DNA of 64,000 nucleotides, from contig CAVVHS010000006.1 of NCBI GenBank assembly GCA_963748215.1, positions 576,001 to 640,000 of the forward strand, written 5' to 3'. Below, piece by piece: positions 28,319-40,793 of the stretch. How positions within the stretch are numbered: the first letter of the stretch is position 1; each line of letters opens with the position of its first letter. The position numbers and the translations under genes were made by a program. The DNA comes from an uncultured Gammaproteobacteria bacterium (GTDB taxonomy: Bacteria; Pseudomonadota; Gammaproteobacteria; UBA9214). Below the pieces are notes generated by a model that had not been told where the DNA came from, ran no database searches, and saw only the letters and a list, made by a program, of their open reading frames with translations.

Positions 28319-30083
28319 TCAGTAGGTACGCGGCTTGGGCGGAAACGTGTCGACCGTCAGCGGTTTCATGCGTACCGGCTTGTAGTCGACGACGTTGCCC
28401 CGCTTGTGGTACAGGCTGTGACGCAGCCAGTTGACGTCGTCACGCTCCGGATGGTCGATGCGCGAATGCGCGCCCCGGCTTTCCTTGCGTTGCAACGCAG
28501 ACATGATGGTGGCAATCGCCACATCCATCAGGTTCTCCAGTTCCAGCGCCTCGATGCGCGCGGTATTGAATACCTGGCTGTGATCACGCAGCCGTACGTT
28601 CGGCAGACGCGCCTGCAGCGTCAGCATCTTCTCCACACCTTCACTAAGTACCTGTTCCGTGCGAAACACGCCACAGTGTTCTTCCATGGTGCGTGTCAGT
28701 TCCCTGCGCAAGGTATTGACGGATTCTCCCTCGCCCCGCTGTTCCCAGCGCGCCAGCCTTGCCAGGGCCGGTTCCAGCACCTCGTCCCGAAACGGCCGGT
28801 GATAGCGGTTTTCGCCGAGGTATTCGATGATGCGGTTGCCGGCAGCGCGGCCGAACACGATGATGTCGAGCAGCGAGTTGCCGCCCAGGCGGTTGCCACC
28901 GTGCACGGACACGCAGGCGCATTCACCGGCCGCGTAAAGGCCCGGCAACGGCTCCTCCGGACCGTGGTCGATCGGCGCCACCACCTCGCCGAAACGGTTG
29001 GTCGGGATGCCGCCCATGGTGTAGTGCGCGGTCGGGAACACCGGCACCGGCTCCTCGCACATGTCCACGCCGGCGAAGGTCAGCGCGCTGTCGCGTATTG
29101 CCGGCAGGCGCTTCTTGATCATCTCGCTGTCGAGGTGATGCAGCTTGCAGCAGCACGTGATCCCGGTTCGGGCCACAGCCGCGACCCTCGCGCACCTCGG
29201 TCACGATGGCGCGGCTGACCACGTCGCGGCTGGCCAGGTCCTTTGCGTGCGGGGCATAGCGTTCCATGAAACGCTCGCCTTCGCTGTTGACCAGGTAGCC
29301 GCCCTCGCCGCGCGCGCCCTCGCTGAGCAGCATGCCCTTGCCGGCGATGCCGGTGGGATGAAACTGGAAGAATTCCATGTCCTGCAGCGGCACGCCGGCG
29401 CGCAGCGCCATGGCCATGCCGTCGCCGGTGTTGATAAGGGCATTGGTGTTGGTGCGGAAGATCTGCCCGGCACCGCCGGTGGCAATCAGCGTGGTGCGCG
29501 CCTCGATCACCAGCTTTTCGCCGGTCGCGATATCCAGCACCAGGGCGCCGAGGATGAAACCCTCGTGGTCTGCGATCAGGTCGACGGCGAAGTATTCGTC
29601 GAAGAAATGCGTGCGTGCTCGAATGTTCTGCTGGTACAGGGCCTGCAGGATGGCGTGCCCGGTCCGGTCCGCCGCAGCACAGGTGCGTGCCGCCTGCTCG
29701 CCGCCGAAGTTCATGCTCTGGCCGCCGAACTGGCGCTGGTAGATGGTACCGTTGTCGAGTCGCGAGAACGGCACGCCGAAGTGCTCGAGGTCGTATACCG
29801 CTTGCGGTGCGGTGCGGCACATGTACTCGATGGCGTCCTGGTCGCCCAGGTAGTCGCTGCCCTTGACGGTATCGAACATGTGCCAGTGCCAGTTGTCCGG
29901 CCGCACGTTGGCCAGCGCGGCATTGACGCCACCCTGCGCGGCAACGGTATGCGAACGTGTCGGGAAAACCTTGGAGACCACGGCGACATGCGCATCGGCC
30001 TGTGACAGTTGCAGTGCGGCACGCAGCCCGCCGCCACCGGCACCGATAATCAGGGTATCGAACTGGCGACGCGGAATCGTCAT
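28319..30083 (-). CDS. sdhA: Succinate dehydrogenase flavoprotein with an apparent +1 frameshift near 29148
   Basis: [16 protein letters not shown] in one frame; [23 protein letters not shown] in the next. Confidence 0.93.
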
Positions 30084-30085
30084 GT

Positions 30086-30424
30086 TCAGCTGCTGGTTAC
30101 GATCAGGATGCGCATGGCCCAGAAGCCGCAGCCGATCAGCAGAAAGGCCACCAGGGTCAGTACCACCAGGCGCAGACCCAGGTGGTGGATGTAGTCCAGC
30201 GTCACGTCGCGCAGGCCGACCCAGCCATGGATCAGCAACGCCAGGATAAAACCCGCGCCGGCGATGGACACCACCGGACTGGCGACCCAGCCGTGCCAGG
30301 CTGCGTAGTCCGGATGCGGGTTGAGCCAGAAATGAGCCAGCACGTAGAGCAGGAACACACCCAGGTAGATGGCACTGACACGTTGCAGCAACCAGGTTCG
30401 CAGGCCGTCTGCGCGATGGCTCAC
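30086..30424 (-). CDS. sdhD: Succinate dehydrogenase membrane anchor
   Basis: GTG start; [20 protein letters not shown]. Confidence 0.9.
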   Translation of the reverse strand: MSHRADGLRTWLLQRVSAIYLGVFLLYVLAHFWLNPHPDYAAWHGWVASPVVSIAGAGFILALLIHGWVGLRDVTLDYIHHLGLRLVVLTLVAFLLIGCGFWAMRILIVTSS

Positions 30425-30801
30425 AGCACCCACCCGAGGTACAGCAGCGTGGCTGCCACGCCGGCGATATTCACCAGCCATGCCGAGGCGCGCGCCTGGC
30501 GCAGGCCGACGCCTGCCTCGATGTCGATGAGCAGGTAGCGCACGCCGGAGAACAGGTGGTGAAACAGCGACCAGGCGATGATGACGGAACCGAGCCTGAA
30601 TCCGGTCGACTGCAGCCAGGCCGTTGCCCGGTTGAAACCGTCGGCATCCCGCAGCGACAGGTCCAGCAGGTACACCAGCAAGGGAAACGAAAGGGTCAGC
30701 AGCACACCGGAGACGCGATGTGCAAACGAGGTCACCGCGCCGACCGGAAAACTTATCCGGAAAAGATTCAGGTAGACTGGAGCAGAGCGCCGTGTGGTCA
30801 T
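30421..30801 (-). CDS. sdhC: Succinate dehydrogenase cytochrome b556 subunit
   Basis: PVYLNL, HRVSG, HH...GVRYL..D. Confidence 0.9.
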   Translation of the reverse strand: MTTRRSAPVYLNLFRISFPVGAVTSFAHRVSGVLLTLSFPLLVYLLDLSLRDADGFNRATAWLQSTGFRLGSVIIAWSLFHHLFSGVRYLLIDIEAGVGLRQARASAWLVNIAGVAATLLYLGWVL

Positions 30802-30937
30802 GTGTCGGGTTCGATGGCCTGCCGGTTTTATACCATTGCAGCGGCTGGAACACCAGCCGGGCCGCGCCTGCCGTGTACTGACAGGCATGCGGGCATGGTC
30901 TAGAATCCAACCCCTGTTACGCTGTTGCGGAGCTGTG

Positions 30938-31993
30938 ATGAAAGCTGAATGGAAAACCTTTCTCGAGGATGCCGGCGCCGAGTTCGACGGCGAACGGGTC
31001 GCTCATTTCGGCAACCCCGAACAGGCGCGGGAAGTCGCACTCAGCGGGCTGGTGTTCGCGGACCTCGAGTACATGGGTGTCATCGCCGTACACGGCAGCG
31101 ATGCCGGAACCTTCCTCCAGTCCCAGCTGAGCAACGATATCCGTGCACTGGATGAAGGTCGCAGCCAGCTGAGCGCATTCTGCACGCCCAAGGGCCGCAT
31201 GCTCGGCCTCATGCGCATCTTCCGTACCGACGACGGTTACTACCTGCGGCTGCCGGCCGATACACTGGACGCCGTGCTGCAACGTCTGCGCATGTACGTG
31301 CTGCGCGCCAATGTCACGCTGGAAGACGCCAGCGACAATTTCCTGCGCATCGGCATCAGCGGCAGGGGCGCCGACAACGAAATTCGCGGCATAACCGCGA
31401 CCTGTCCCGACACGGTCAACGGCGTGGCCCGGGCCGGACCGCTCACCGTCATCCGGGTGCCGGGCACGGAACCGCGCTTCGAGGTGTACGCCACTTCGCT
31501 GCAGGCCGCACAGACGTTATGGGATGCGCTCAACGTCCACGGTGCGCCGGTCGGCGAACCCGTCTGGCGCCTGCTGGAGATCAGGAATGGACTGCCGGTC
31601 GTGTTCAGCGCCACGGCGGAGCTTTTCGTGCCGCAGATGGCCAACCTGCAGCTGGTGGATGGCGTCAGTTTCAAGAAAGGCTGCTACCCCGGACAGGAAA
31701 TCGTTGCACGCATGCAGTATCTGGGCACCCTCAAGCGCCGCATGTATCTGGGCCTGGTCGAGTACGACGACCCGATAGCCCCCGGGGCCGAGCTGTATTC
31801 CGGCAGTGACAGCGAACAGGCGACCGGCCGCATTGTCGATGCCCAGCCCTATCCGGATGGCGGCCAGCTTGCGCTCGCCGTCCTGCAGATCCAGGCGGCC
31901 GATGCTGCGGATGTCTTTCTCGGCAGCCCCGCCGGACCCGCCTTCGATATTCGACCACTCCCTTACCGCTTCCCGGTGGAACAGGCGGATTGA
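30938..31993 (+). CDS. ygfZ: Folate-binding Fe-S repair / tRNA-modifying protein
   Basis: KGCYPGQE signature; divergent from sdhC. Confidence 0.92.
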   Translation: MKAEWKTFLEDAGAEFDGERVAHFGNPEQAREVALSGLVFADLEYMGVIAVHGSDAGTFLQSQLSNDIRALDEGRSQLSAFCTPKGRMLGLMRIFRTDDGYYLRLPADTLDAVLQRLRMYVLRANVTLEDASDNFLRIGISGRGADNEIRGITATCPDTVNGVARAGPLTVIRVPGTEPRFEVYATSLQAAQTLWDALNVHGAPVGEPVWRLLEIRNGLPVVFSATAELFVPQMANLQLVDGVSFKKGCYPGQEIVARMQYLGTLKRRMYLGLVEYDDPIAPGAELYSGSDSEQATGRIVDAQPYPDGGQLALAVLQIQAADAADVFLGSPAGPAFDIRPLPYRFPVEQAD

Positions 31994-32057
31994 ACCCGGC
32001 CGCCGGCCGGTTGTCCTAATCCGCAGGACGTCAATAACCCAGCGGAGTGAATCCAAA

Positions 32058-32645
32058 ATGAACATGACCGGAATCCTGTCCCTTGCCGGGCTGCTGGCCA
32101 TTTCCGCCTTTGCCGTGGCGCGATACGGCATGACCGCCCCGGCCGACGGCGCGGCATCCGGCGCACCCGACCCGGAACATGCGGAACAGGCAGGCAACTA
32201 CAACAAACCCTCGGACGAGGAGTTGCGCGCCAGGCTGACGCCGCTACAGTACGAGGTCACCCAGCGAGAGGCGACCGAGCGCGCCTTCCAGAATGAATAC
32301 TGGGACAACAAGGCCGCGGGAATTTATGTCGATGTCGTATCCGGTGAGCCACTGTTCAGTTCCACGGACAAATTCAAGTCCGGTACCGGCTGGCCCAGTT
32401 TTACCCGGGCGATTGCCGATGACGCGCTGGTCGAGCATACCGATACGCGTTTTTTCATGAAACGCACCGAACTGAAGAGCCGGCAGGCGGCTTCACATCT
32501 CGGCCACCTGTTCAATGACGGCCCCCAGCCGACCGGCCAGCGCTATTGCATCAACTCCGCCTCGCTGCGTTTCATCCCGAAGGAGAAGCTGGCCGAGGAA
32601 GGCTACGGTGAATACCTGCAGCTGTTCGAGGACGAGCAACCCTGA
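32058..32645 (+). CDS. msrB: Peptide-methionine (R)-S-oxide reductase with N-terminal signal-like segment
   Basis: [23 protein letters not shown]. Confidence 0.92.
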   Translation: MNMTGILSLAGLLAISAFAVARYGMTAPADGAASGAPDPEHAEQAGNYNKPSDEELRARLTPLQYEVTQREATERAFQNEYWDNKAAGIYVDVVSGEPLFSSTDKFKSGTGWPSFTRAIADDALVEHTDTRFFMKRTELKSRQAASHLGHLFNDGPQPTGQRYCINSASLRFIPKEKLAEEGYGEYLQLFEDEQP

Positions 32646-32653
32646 AAACCTGT

Positions 32654-32689
32654 CTCGCGCACGACTACATCCCTGTAGTCGTGCGCGAG
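32654..32689. repeat. Perfect 16-bp inverted repeat between convergent genes
   Basis: ctcgcgcacgactaca-tccc-tgtagtcgtgcgcgag. Confidence 0.75.
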
Positions 32690-32737
32690 GTGTTTTCCTG
32701 AGTCCTTTGCGTCTTTGCGCGAGTTTATTCGTTCTGG

Positions 32738-33916
32738 CTAACCGTATACCGCGCGTGCCGCATCGACGGCCACGCCGGACCGGATCGGGGCCTTCATGCC
32801 GGAGAGTACGGCATCCAGCGCGCCCAGGCAGAACAGCACATTGGTCTGGTTGCTGGCGTAGCCCATCAGGCCGACGCGCCAGATCTTGCCGGCCATGGCG
32901 CCGAGTCCCGCGCCGATTTCGAGATTGTATTCGTTGAGCAGGGCACTGCGTACGGCGGCCTCGTTGACGCCCTCGGGAATCGACACCGCGTTCAGCTGCG
33001 GCAGGCGCTGTCCTTCCGGCACGACGAATTTCAGACCCATGGCCTCGAAACCCGCGCGCAGCGCATCATGGTTCTTGCGGTGACGCGCCCAGGAATTTTC
33101 GATGCCCTCTTCCTGCAGGATCACCAGTGCCTCGTGCAGTCCGTACAGCGTGTTGACCGGCGCGGTATGGTGATAGGCGCGCTTGGTGCCGCCGCCCCAG
33201 TAACCGAGGATCAGGTTCAGGTCGAGGAACCAGCTCTGCACCCTGGTCTTGCGCGTGGTGATGGTCTCGACCGCTTGCTTGCTGAAGGTAACCGGCGACA
33301 GGCCGGGCACGCAGGACAGGCACTTCTGGGTGCCGGAATACACGGCATCCAGCTGCCACTCATCGACCAGCAGCGGCGAACCGGCCAGCGAGGTCACGGT
33401 ATCGGCGATCACCAGGCAGCCGTGTTCATGCGCCAGCGCCGACAGCGTCTTGGCATCCGAGATCGCGCCGGTGGAGGTCTCGGCATGCACGAAGGCCATC
33501 ACCTTGGCATCCGGGTTGGCCTTCAGCGCGGCCTCGACCTTTTCCGGATCGACGGCGACACCCCAGCTGTCCTCGACCATCACCGCGGTAGCACCGCAGC
33601 GCTCGACGTTCTCCTTCATGCGGCCGCCGAACACGCCATTCTGGCACACGATTGCCTTGTCGCCCGGTTCGAGCAGGTTGACGAAGCACATTTCCATGCC
33701 CGCCGATCCCGGCGCGGATACCGGCATGGTCAGCTCGTTATTGGTATTGAAGGCGTAACGCAGCATGACCTTCATTTCGTCCATCATGGTGACGAACACC
33801 GGATCCAGGTGCCCCAGGGTCGGGCGCGACATGGCCTCGAGAATGCGCGGGCTGACGTCGGAGGGGCCCGGGCCCATCAGGGTACGGGTCGGTGGATGGA
33901 AGGACGTGATGCTCAT
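32738..33916 (-). CDS. Alanine-glyoxylate / serine-pyruvate aminotransferase (class V PLP)
   Basis: LMGPGPS, HAETSTG, SGTQKCL, YHHT, WRVGLMG. Confidence 0.92.
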   Translation of the reverse strand: MSITSFHPPTRTLMGPGPSDVSPRILEAMSRPTLGHLDPVFVTMMDEMKVMLRYAFNTNNELTMPVSAPGSAGMEMCFVNLLEPGDKAIVCQNGVFGGRMKENVERCGATAVMVEDSWGVAVDPEKVEAALKANPDAKVMAFVHAETSTGAISDAKTLSALAHEHGCLVIADTVTSLAGSPLLVDEWQLDAVYSGTQKCLSCVPGLSPVTFSKQAVETITTRKTRVQSWFLDLNLILGYWGGGTKRAYHHTAPVNTLYGLHEALVILQEEGIENSWARHRKNHDALRAGFEAMGLKFVVPEGQRLPQLNAVSIPEGVNEAAVRSALLNEYNLEIGAGLGAMAGKIWRVGLMGYASNQTNVLFCLGALDAVLSGMKAPIRSGVAVDAARAVYG

Positions 33917-34130
33917 GTCAGGCCTCTGTTTGCTGTTGTGGACAGGGTGAAAAATTCAAAGCGGTGATTCTAGCATCTTCCAGGCATGCCCCGTACAGCC
34001 GCACAAGGCGTGGACAGGGCGCCGGACCCGGGTCCTATGCCAGTTTCCGGTACCTGGTATTTATAGAGTGCATTCAGTGAGTAAGGACTGTTTCATGTTG
34101 TGCTTTCCGCAACCGTGTTGCGTTCCATGG

Positions 34131-36134
34131 TCAGCGGTACAGAAAACAGCGCACCGGGTGGCCGGGCGTGCCGTAGTCATCCGGGTAGGCACTGGCGCAC
34201 TGCGGCATGGCGTCGGGACAGCGCGGGTGAAAATGGCAGCCCGTCGGCGGACGCGCCGGTGACGGCATATCGCCTTCCAGGCGGATGATCTCGCGCCGGG
34301 CATCGGCATCGAGCGTCGGCACGGCCGACAGCAGGGAGCGCGTGTAGGGATGCTGCGGACGTTCCAGCACCTCGTTCACCGGTCCTTCTTCCACGATGCG
34401 GCCGAGGTACATGACCGCGACACGGTCGGCCAGGTACGACACCACCGACAGGTTATGGGTGATGAACAGGTAGGACAGGCCGAGCGAATTCTGCAGTTCC
34501 TTCAGCAGGTTCAGGATCTGCGCCTGCACGGACACATCCAGCGCACTGGTCGGCTCGTCGCAGATCACCAGTTGCGGATCGACCGCCAGGGCGCGCGCGA
34601 TGCAGATGCGCTGGCGCTGGCCACCGGAGAATTCGTGCGGGTAACGCTGCAGGTGCCTGGGCGACAGGCCGACCTGCGCGAACAGCGACGTCACCCGTGC
34701 CTGCCGCTGTGCGCGGGTCTTGCCGATGCCCTGCGCCACCATGCCCTCTTCCACGATATCGCCGACCATCATGCGCGGGTTCATGGAGGAATACGGATCC
34801 TGGAAGATAAACTGGAAATCCGCGCGCCGCTTGCGCAGGGCCTCGCCCCGCAGTTGCGTCAGCTCGACGCCATCGAAGCGCACGCTGCCGCCTGTCGGAC
34901 GGATCAGTTGCAGGATGCCCTTGCCCGCCGTGGTCTTGCCGCAGCCGGATTCGCCGACCAGCGCGAGCGTGCTGCCGCGCGGAATAGCGAACGACACGCC
35001 GTCGACGGCATAGACGTGCCCGGCGACGCGTTTGAAGACGCCTTTGTGAATCGGGAAATGCACCTTGAGATCGCTCACCTCGAGCAGCATGCCGTCGCGC
35101 ACCGCCTGCCTGTCGCTGCTCGCAACGGCTGGCGCGGCAGCAGTCAGTGCCGGCGCATCGATGGCCGGGTCGGCGCGGTGGCAGCGCGCATGCTGCTGTT
35201 CCGATACCGCGTTCCAGGCCGGGACGCGGGTTTTGCAATAGTCCCAGCCGACATCGCAACGGTCGGCAAAGCGGCAGCCGGTGAATTGCCGGTTCAGCGC
35301 CGGCACCGTGCCGCGAATGGTATCGAGCGCCTGCTCGCGCTTGCGCACGTCAGGCAGCGAGTCGAACAGTTTGCGGCTGTAGGGGTGAGCGGCGGCGGCA
35401 TAGAAGCGGTCGCGCCCGGCCTCCTCGACCAGCTGCCCGGCATACATGACGGCCACGCGGTCGGCCATGTCGGCGACGATGCCGAGATCATGGGTAATCA
35501 GCAGGATTGCCATGTGCATCTCCTGCTGCAGTTTCTGCAGCAGTTCCAGCACCTGGGCCTGGATGGTGACATCCAGTGCCGTGGTCGGTTCGTCGGCTAT
35601 CAGCAGGTCGGGCTTGCCGGCCAGTGCGATCGAGATCATCACGCGTTGCTTCATGCCGCCGGACAGCTGGTGCGGGTATTCGTCGATGCGGCGCCCGGCA
35701 TCGGGGATGCCGACCGCGTCCAGCAGTTCCAGCACGCGCTCGCGCGCCGCGCGTCCGCGCATTGCGAAATGCTGGCCAAGCACCTCACCGATCTGGTCGC
35801 CGATGGTCAGTACCGGGTTCAGCGAGGTCATCGGCTCCTGGAAGATCATGGAAATCCGCCGGCCGCGAATCCGCCGCATGCCGGATTCCGGCAGCGCGGT
35901 GAGTTCCTCGTCGCCGAGCCAGACATGGCCAGCGGTGATGCGGCCGATGGGTTGCGGGAGCAGGCGCAGGATAGACAGCGCGGTCATGGACTTGCCGCAG
36001 CCGGACTCGCCGAGCAGTGCGAAGGTCTCGCCGCGCCTGATGGACAGGCTGACACCGTCGACCGGGCGGATGGCATTGCTGCCGCTGCCCAGTTGCACCG
36101 TCAGGTCCTCGATTCTCAGTAACGGTTCGGACAT
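34131..36134 (-). CDS. Fused dipeptide/oligopeptide ABC ATP-binding protein (two NBDs)
   Basis: Two GESGCGK motifs, YPHQLSGG and YPHEFSGG, Cys-rich tails. Confidence 0.92.
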   Translation of the reverse strand: MSEPLLRIEDLTVQLGSGSNAIRPVDGVSLSIRRGETFALLGESGCGKSMTALSILRLLPQPIGRITAGHVWLGDEELTALPESGMRRIRGRRISMIFQEPMTSLNPVLTIGDQIGEVLGQHFAMRGRAARERVLELLDAVGIPDAGRRIDEYPHQLSGGMKQRVMISIALAGKPDLLIADEPTTALDVTIQAQVLELLQKLQQEMHMAILLITHDLGIVADMADRVAVMYAGQLVEEAGRDRFYAAAAHPYSRKLFDSLPDVRKREQALDTIRGTVPALNRQFTGCRFADRCDVGWDYCKTRVPAWNAVSEQQHARCHRADPAIDAPALTAAAPAVASSDRQAVRDGMLLEVSDLKVHFPIHKGVFKRVAGHVYAVDGVSFAIPRGSTLALVGESGCGKTTAGKGILQLIRPTGGSVRFDGVELTQLRGEALRKRRADFQFIFQDPYSSMNPRMMVGDIVEEGMVAQGIGKTRAQRQARVTSLFAQVGLSPRHLQRYPHEFSGGQRQRICIARALAVDPQLVICDEPTSALDVSVQAQILNLLKELQNSLGLSYLFITHNLSVVSYLADRVAVMYLGRIVEEGPVNEVLERPQHPYTRSLLSAVPTLDADARREIIRLEGDMPSPARPPTGCHFHPRCPDAMPQCASAYPDDYGTPGHPVRCFLYR

Positions 36135-36183
36135 CGTCCTGCTTGCTCCTGTCATGCCGGTATCGGTGCGGTGTGAGCTGTCA

Positions 36184-37593
36184 TTACCGGTCACGGGTGT
36201 GCGGGTCGAAGGCGTCGCGCACGGCATCGGAAAAAAGGTTCGCGGCCAGCACCAGCGTAAACATGAACAGGAAGGCGGACAGCAACGACCACCAGACCAC
36301 CGGTTCGCGCGCCATTTCCAGGCGCGCGCTGTTGATCATGTTGCCCCAGCTGTTCATGGTCGAATCCACGCCCACGCCGACGTAGGACAGCACCGCCTCC
36401 GCCAGCACCAGGCCACTGAAGTCCAGCACCACGGTGATCAGCACGATGTGCATGACGTTCGGCAGGATGTGGCGCGTGATGATGCGGCCGTGCGACACAC
36501 CGAACGAGACCGCGGCCTGGATGTACTCTGCCTCGCGCAGCTTGAGCGACTCGCCGCGCAGCAGGCGGCACAGGCCGGTCCAGCTGGTGATGCCGAGGAT
36601 GATGCACAGGAACAGCAGACGGATATCCGCCCGTTCCACCGTGGTTTCGAACATCTCGGGATGATTGGCCATGTAGACCTGCAGCATCAGGATGGCCGCG
36701 GCGATCAGCAGCACGTGCGGGATGGAATTCAGCGTCGTATAGATATACTGCACCACGTCATCGATCCAGCCGCGCGCATAGCCGGCCACGATACCCATGA
36801 AGATGGCGAACGGCAGCATCACCAGCGTGGTCAGCGTGCCGATCAACAGGCCGGTGCGCACGCTCTTCAGCGACTGGTACAGCACGTCCTGGCCGACCTT
36901 GTCCGTCCCGAGCATGTGGTAGACACCGGCCAGGTTGACGACAAGCAGGAAGAACAGCAACAGCAGCGTGACAGTCACCAGGATCGTGCGCCAGGGCATG
37001 TCCGCCTGCCCTGACAGTATCCGGCCGGCCATGTCGCGTACCGTCTGCCCGTTGCGCCGGCCCTGCCATGCCGACAGCAGCCATAGCAGCATGACGCCAC
37101 CCAGCATGGCACCGGCCAGCGCACGCAGGCTGCGCTGCAGGATATCGGTGGCCTTGCTCATCCCGCTCGCAGCGAGGTGCGCCCCGCCGTACTGCAGCGG
37201 CGGGTACGCGCGCACCTCCGAGCCGTCATCCAGTTCCACCGTCTCCCGGGCATACAGATGCGTGGCGAACGGCGCGGAATAGGTCTTTTCCACCTGCGTG
37301 CGCAGCGGTCCGGCCAGCACGTCGAGCACGCTCAGCATCTCGACGGCATAGTGCACCTCGCCGTCCTTGCCGTTACCGTCCAGCGGCAGGCGAAAATGCA
37401 GCGAATCGAGCAGCCCTGTCAGCACGAAGGCCAGCAGCACCACGGCAGACGCCGCCGCGATACGACCGGTGAACACCCGCTTCCAGGGTGTCGCGATATG
37501 CGGCTTGCGGCGCGCGTACAGGATGAAGGCGATGACCACCAGCGTGAGCAGGAACACCAGCGCATCGGTCCACAGGATCGCCGGCCTGATCAT
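36184..37593 (-). CDS. Peptide ABC permease (DppC-like)
   Basis: LGTDKVGQD; EYIQAA..FG......I.RHILPN. Confidence 0.88.
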   Translation of the reverse strand: MIRPAILWTDALVFLLTLVVIAFILYARRKPHIATPWKRVFTGRIAAASAVVLLAFVLTGLLDSLHFRLPLDGNGKDGEVHYAVEMLSVLDVLAGPLRTQVEKTYSAPFATHLYARETVELDDGSEVRAYPPLQYGGAHLAASGMSKATDILQRSLRALAGAMLGGVMLLWLLSAWQGRRNGQTVRDMAGRILSGQADMPWRTILVTVTLLLLFFLLVVNLAGVYHMLGTDKVGQDVLYQSLKSVRTGLLIGTLTTLVMLPFAIFMGIVAGYARGWIDDVVQYIYTTLNSIPHVLLIAAAILMLQVYMANHPEMFETTVERADIRLLFLCIILGITSWTGLCRLLRGESLKLREAEYIQAAVSFGVSHGRIITRHILPNVMHIVLITVVLDFSGLVLAEAVLSYVGVGVDSTMNSWGNMINSARLEMAREPVVWWSLLSAFLFMFTLVLAANLFSDAVRDAFDPHTRDR

Positions 37594-38567
37594 GTCAGGC
37601 GCACCCTGGGGTCGACGATGGTGTAGGTGATATCGACCAGGATCAGGCCGATGATATACAGCACCGAGCCCAGGAACACCATGACGCGCACGATGGCGAA
37701 ATCCTGGTTGTTGATGGCGTCGATGGTGTAGCTGCCGAGCCCGGGGATGGCGAAAAACGACTCGGTGAGCAGGCTGCCCATGAACAGCAGCGGCAGGATA
37801 ACCACCACGCCGGTGACGATGGGGATCAGTGCGTTCCTGAGGATATGCCGGAACAGCACCAGCATTTCCGACAGGCCCTTGGCACGCGCGGTACGGATAT
37901 AGTCCTTGCCGGCCTCTTCCAGGAAAAATGTGCGGTACCAGCGTGCGCCGGAGCCGATGCCGCTGACCACGCCGATGATCACCGGCAGCACGATGAACTT
38001 GAGTGCGTCGATGCCGCCGGCGAAGCCCGAGATCGGCATCAGCCGGAACAGCTTGGCGAGCAGGAACTGGCCACCGATGATGTAGAACATGCCGGAGATG
38101 GACATCAGCACCACGCACAGGATGACGCCGGAGGTATCGAGATAACTGCCGCGGAAGAACGCCATCAGCAGGGCGAAGGTGATATTGACCAGCAAGCCGA
38201 GCAGCAGTGCCGGCAACGCAATGGCAAGACTCGGCAACATGCGCTGGCTGATATCGTAGCTGATATCGCGGCCGTCATCCGAATAGCCGAAATCGAAGGC
38301 AAACAGGCGTACCGACTTTTCGAAGAAGATGGTGTCGGTGACCTGGCCGATGCCGTCGGCCGCGCCGTTCAGCAACAGCGGCTTGTCGTAGCCGTGGCTG
38401 GCCTTCCATTTCTGGACGGCCTCCTCGGTGACGTGCTTCATGCCCAGGTGCATGCGCGCCATGTCATCCGGCGAGTTGACGACGAAAAACAGGTAGAAGG
38501 TGAGCACGTTGACCCCGATCAGGATCGGGACGGCATAGAGCACGCGGCGAATGATGTAGGCGAACAT
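37590..38567 (-). CDS. Peptide ABC permease (DppB-like)
   Basis: YIIRR, DYIRTARAKGL, ESFF.IPGLG. Confidence 0.9.
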   Translation of the reverse strand: MFAYIIRRVLYAVPILIGVNVLTFYLFFVVNSPDDMARMHLGMKHVTEEAVQKWKASHGYDKPLLLNGAADGIGQVTDTIFFEKSVRLFAFDFGYSDDGRDISYDISQRMLPSLAIALPALLLGLLVNITFALLMAFFRGSYLDTSGVILCVVLMSISGMFYIIGGQFLLAKLFRLMPISGFAGGIDALKFIVLPVIIGVVSGIGSGARWYRTFFLEEAGKDYIRTARAKGLSEMLVLFRHILRNALIPIVTGVVVILPLLFMGSLLTESFFAIPGLGSYTIDAINNQDFAIVRVMVFLGSVLYIIGLILVDITYTIVDPRVRLT

Positions 38568-40793
38568 CAGGCCGCATCCTGCCAGGCTGGCTGGTGCTGG
38601 CGGCGCCGGTAACCCAGGTATGCCGGCAGCACGACCAGCAGCAGCAGGCCGCCGAGTGCATACAGCGGCCAGCGTACCGGCCGGTTCCATTCTGCCTGCA
38701 TCCTGGCGCGCAGCGCGGGATCGATGCGCCGGTACTTCAGCGAGTTGTTGGCCATGAGGTTGGGCTTGGCGTTTTTATACCAGGCGTGATGCAGCGAAAA
38801 CTGTTTCGGGAAGTAGCCCCACACCCAGGGTACATCGTGCCGCGCGATATCCATCATGCGCGTGATCAGTTCGGCGCGTTGCGGCGTATTGTCCATGTTC
38901 TTGACCTGGTCGAACAGGCGGTCGAATTCGGCGTTGTTGTAGTTCGCGGCATTCTCGCCGTTCAGGCCGACCTTGCTGTTGGGGCCATACAGCAGGAACA
39001 GGAAATTCTCCGGGTCGGGATAATCCGCGTTCCAGCCCCACTGGAAGATCTGCGCCGTGCCCTTGAGCATCTTGTCCTGGAAACGGTTGTAGTCGGTGCC
39101 GCGGATCACCAGCTGCAGATTGAGCTTGGCGAATTGCTTGGCCAGCCAGTCCAGCCGCGCCTTGGCATCCGGCCCGGTCGAGGCGGTATCGAAATTCAGC
39201 ACCAGTGGTTTGCCGGTGTTGATATCGCGCCCCTCCGGGTAGCCGGCCTCGGCCAGCAACCGGCGCGCGACCTCGATCGGCTTGCGCCGCGGCCCGCCCG
39301 GCGTGACAGTCGTAAACCTGCGTGTCGATGCCCGCGGCACCATCGGTAAAACCGAAGATCCCCGGGGGGATCATGCCATGTGCCGGTATGCCGCGGCCGT
39401 TGAGGAAGATCGAGACATATTCCTCGGTATCGATGGCGATCGCGATCGCCTGGCGCAGCTTGCGCGCTTGCTCGGTGTAACCGCCGACGACCGGGTCCTG
39501 CATGTTGAAGCCGGTGTAGAAAATCGAGGTCGAGACCGAGGTATTGAGCTGGATACCCTGCGCCTGCATGGCCTCGGTGAGATTGACCTCGCCGCCGGCA
39601 CCGACGTTGATCGCCTGGTCGAAACTGTCGGACGAAATGCCCGAGGCATCGTAGTAGCCCTGCAGGAACTTGTTCCAGTAGGGAATATCCTCCTTTTCCA
39701 GGCTGAACACGATCCGGTCGATGAACGGCAGCGGCTTGCCGGCATCATCCAGCATACCGGCCTCGCGATCGCCCGGTTCACCTGCGACGGGATAGGTCTC
39801 GCCGTGAAAGTTCGGATTGCGTTCCATCACCATCTGCCGGTTCGGGTTGTTGACCGTGAGCATGTAGGGGCCGGTGCCGACCGGGTACCAGTCGAGCGTG
39901 ATGTTACGCGCCGAAAGGCCGGGCTGTGCGTAGAAGGCATCGACCTCAGGCGGCACGGGTGCGAAAAACGGCATCGCCAGCCAGTACAGCAGTTGCGGGT
40001 ACTTGCCCTTGATGGTGATCCGGTAACGATAACGGTCCAGCACCTCGGCACCGGCCAGCGGGTACTGCGCCAGGTCGAGCCAGGCCCCTTCGCCCTGCGC
40101 GGCCGCCAGTTCTTCCCAGGCATTCTCCAGCGTCTTTGCGTAATCGCCGAGGCCGTCGATGTAGTCGCTCATCAGGCCGAAGATCGGCGAGTGCAGTTTC
40201 GGATGCGCCAGCCGCTTGATCTGGTAGACATAGTCGGCTGCCACCAGTTCGCGCGTCCCGGTCTGCGTGAAATCGGCCAGCGAGTGTATCTCGTCAAGCT
40301 GCTCGGTGCTCAACTGGTCATACAGCAGTCCGCCCGCACTGTCACGCGCAAACGCCGGATGTGGCTGGTAGTAAATACCGGGCCGGATCTCGATGTCGTA
40401 ATCACTGAAGGCGATCGCCTCGACCGGCGCATCATCGGCCAGGGGCTTGCCGTCCGCATCACGATAATGCGCAACCGGCACCGCCGTGACGGTCAGCGGA
40501 ATCAGTTCATAGGGGCGTTTCAGATAGTGATACTGCAGGGGCGGTTCGTAGATCTGCCCGGTGAAGGTCACCTCGTTGGAGCTGTAGGACTGCGCCGGGT
40601 CGAGGTGATTGGGACGTTCCTGGAACGACGAATAGAGAATGTTGTTGGCGGCATCCGCGGCCGGGTATGGCCGGTTCCACGGCTGTCCGTCACAGGCAGC
40701 GAGGAGCAGCACCGCGCACACCACACCGGCCACACCCGCCGGTAACAGTCTGTTCAGCCATGACCTGCCACTCTGTAGGGGTTCCGCATGCAT
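38567..40793 (-). CDS. Peptide ABC substrate-binding protein with an apparent +1 frameshift near 39300
   Basis: LAAC lipobox, LDPAQ, GTGPY, LRQAI; continues as ARRLLAEAGYP, W.ADYPDPENFL in the next frame. Confidence 0.85.
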
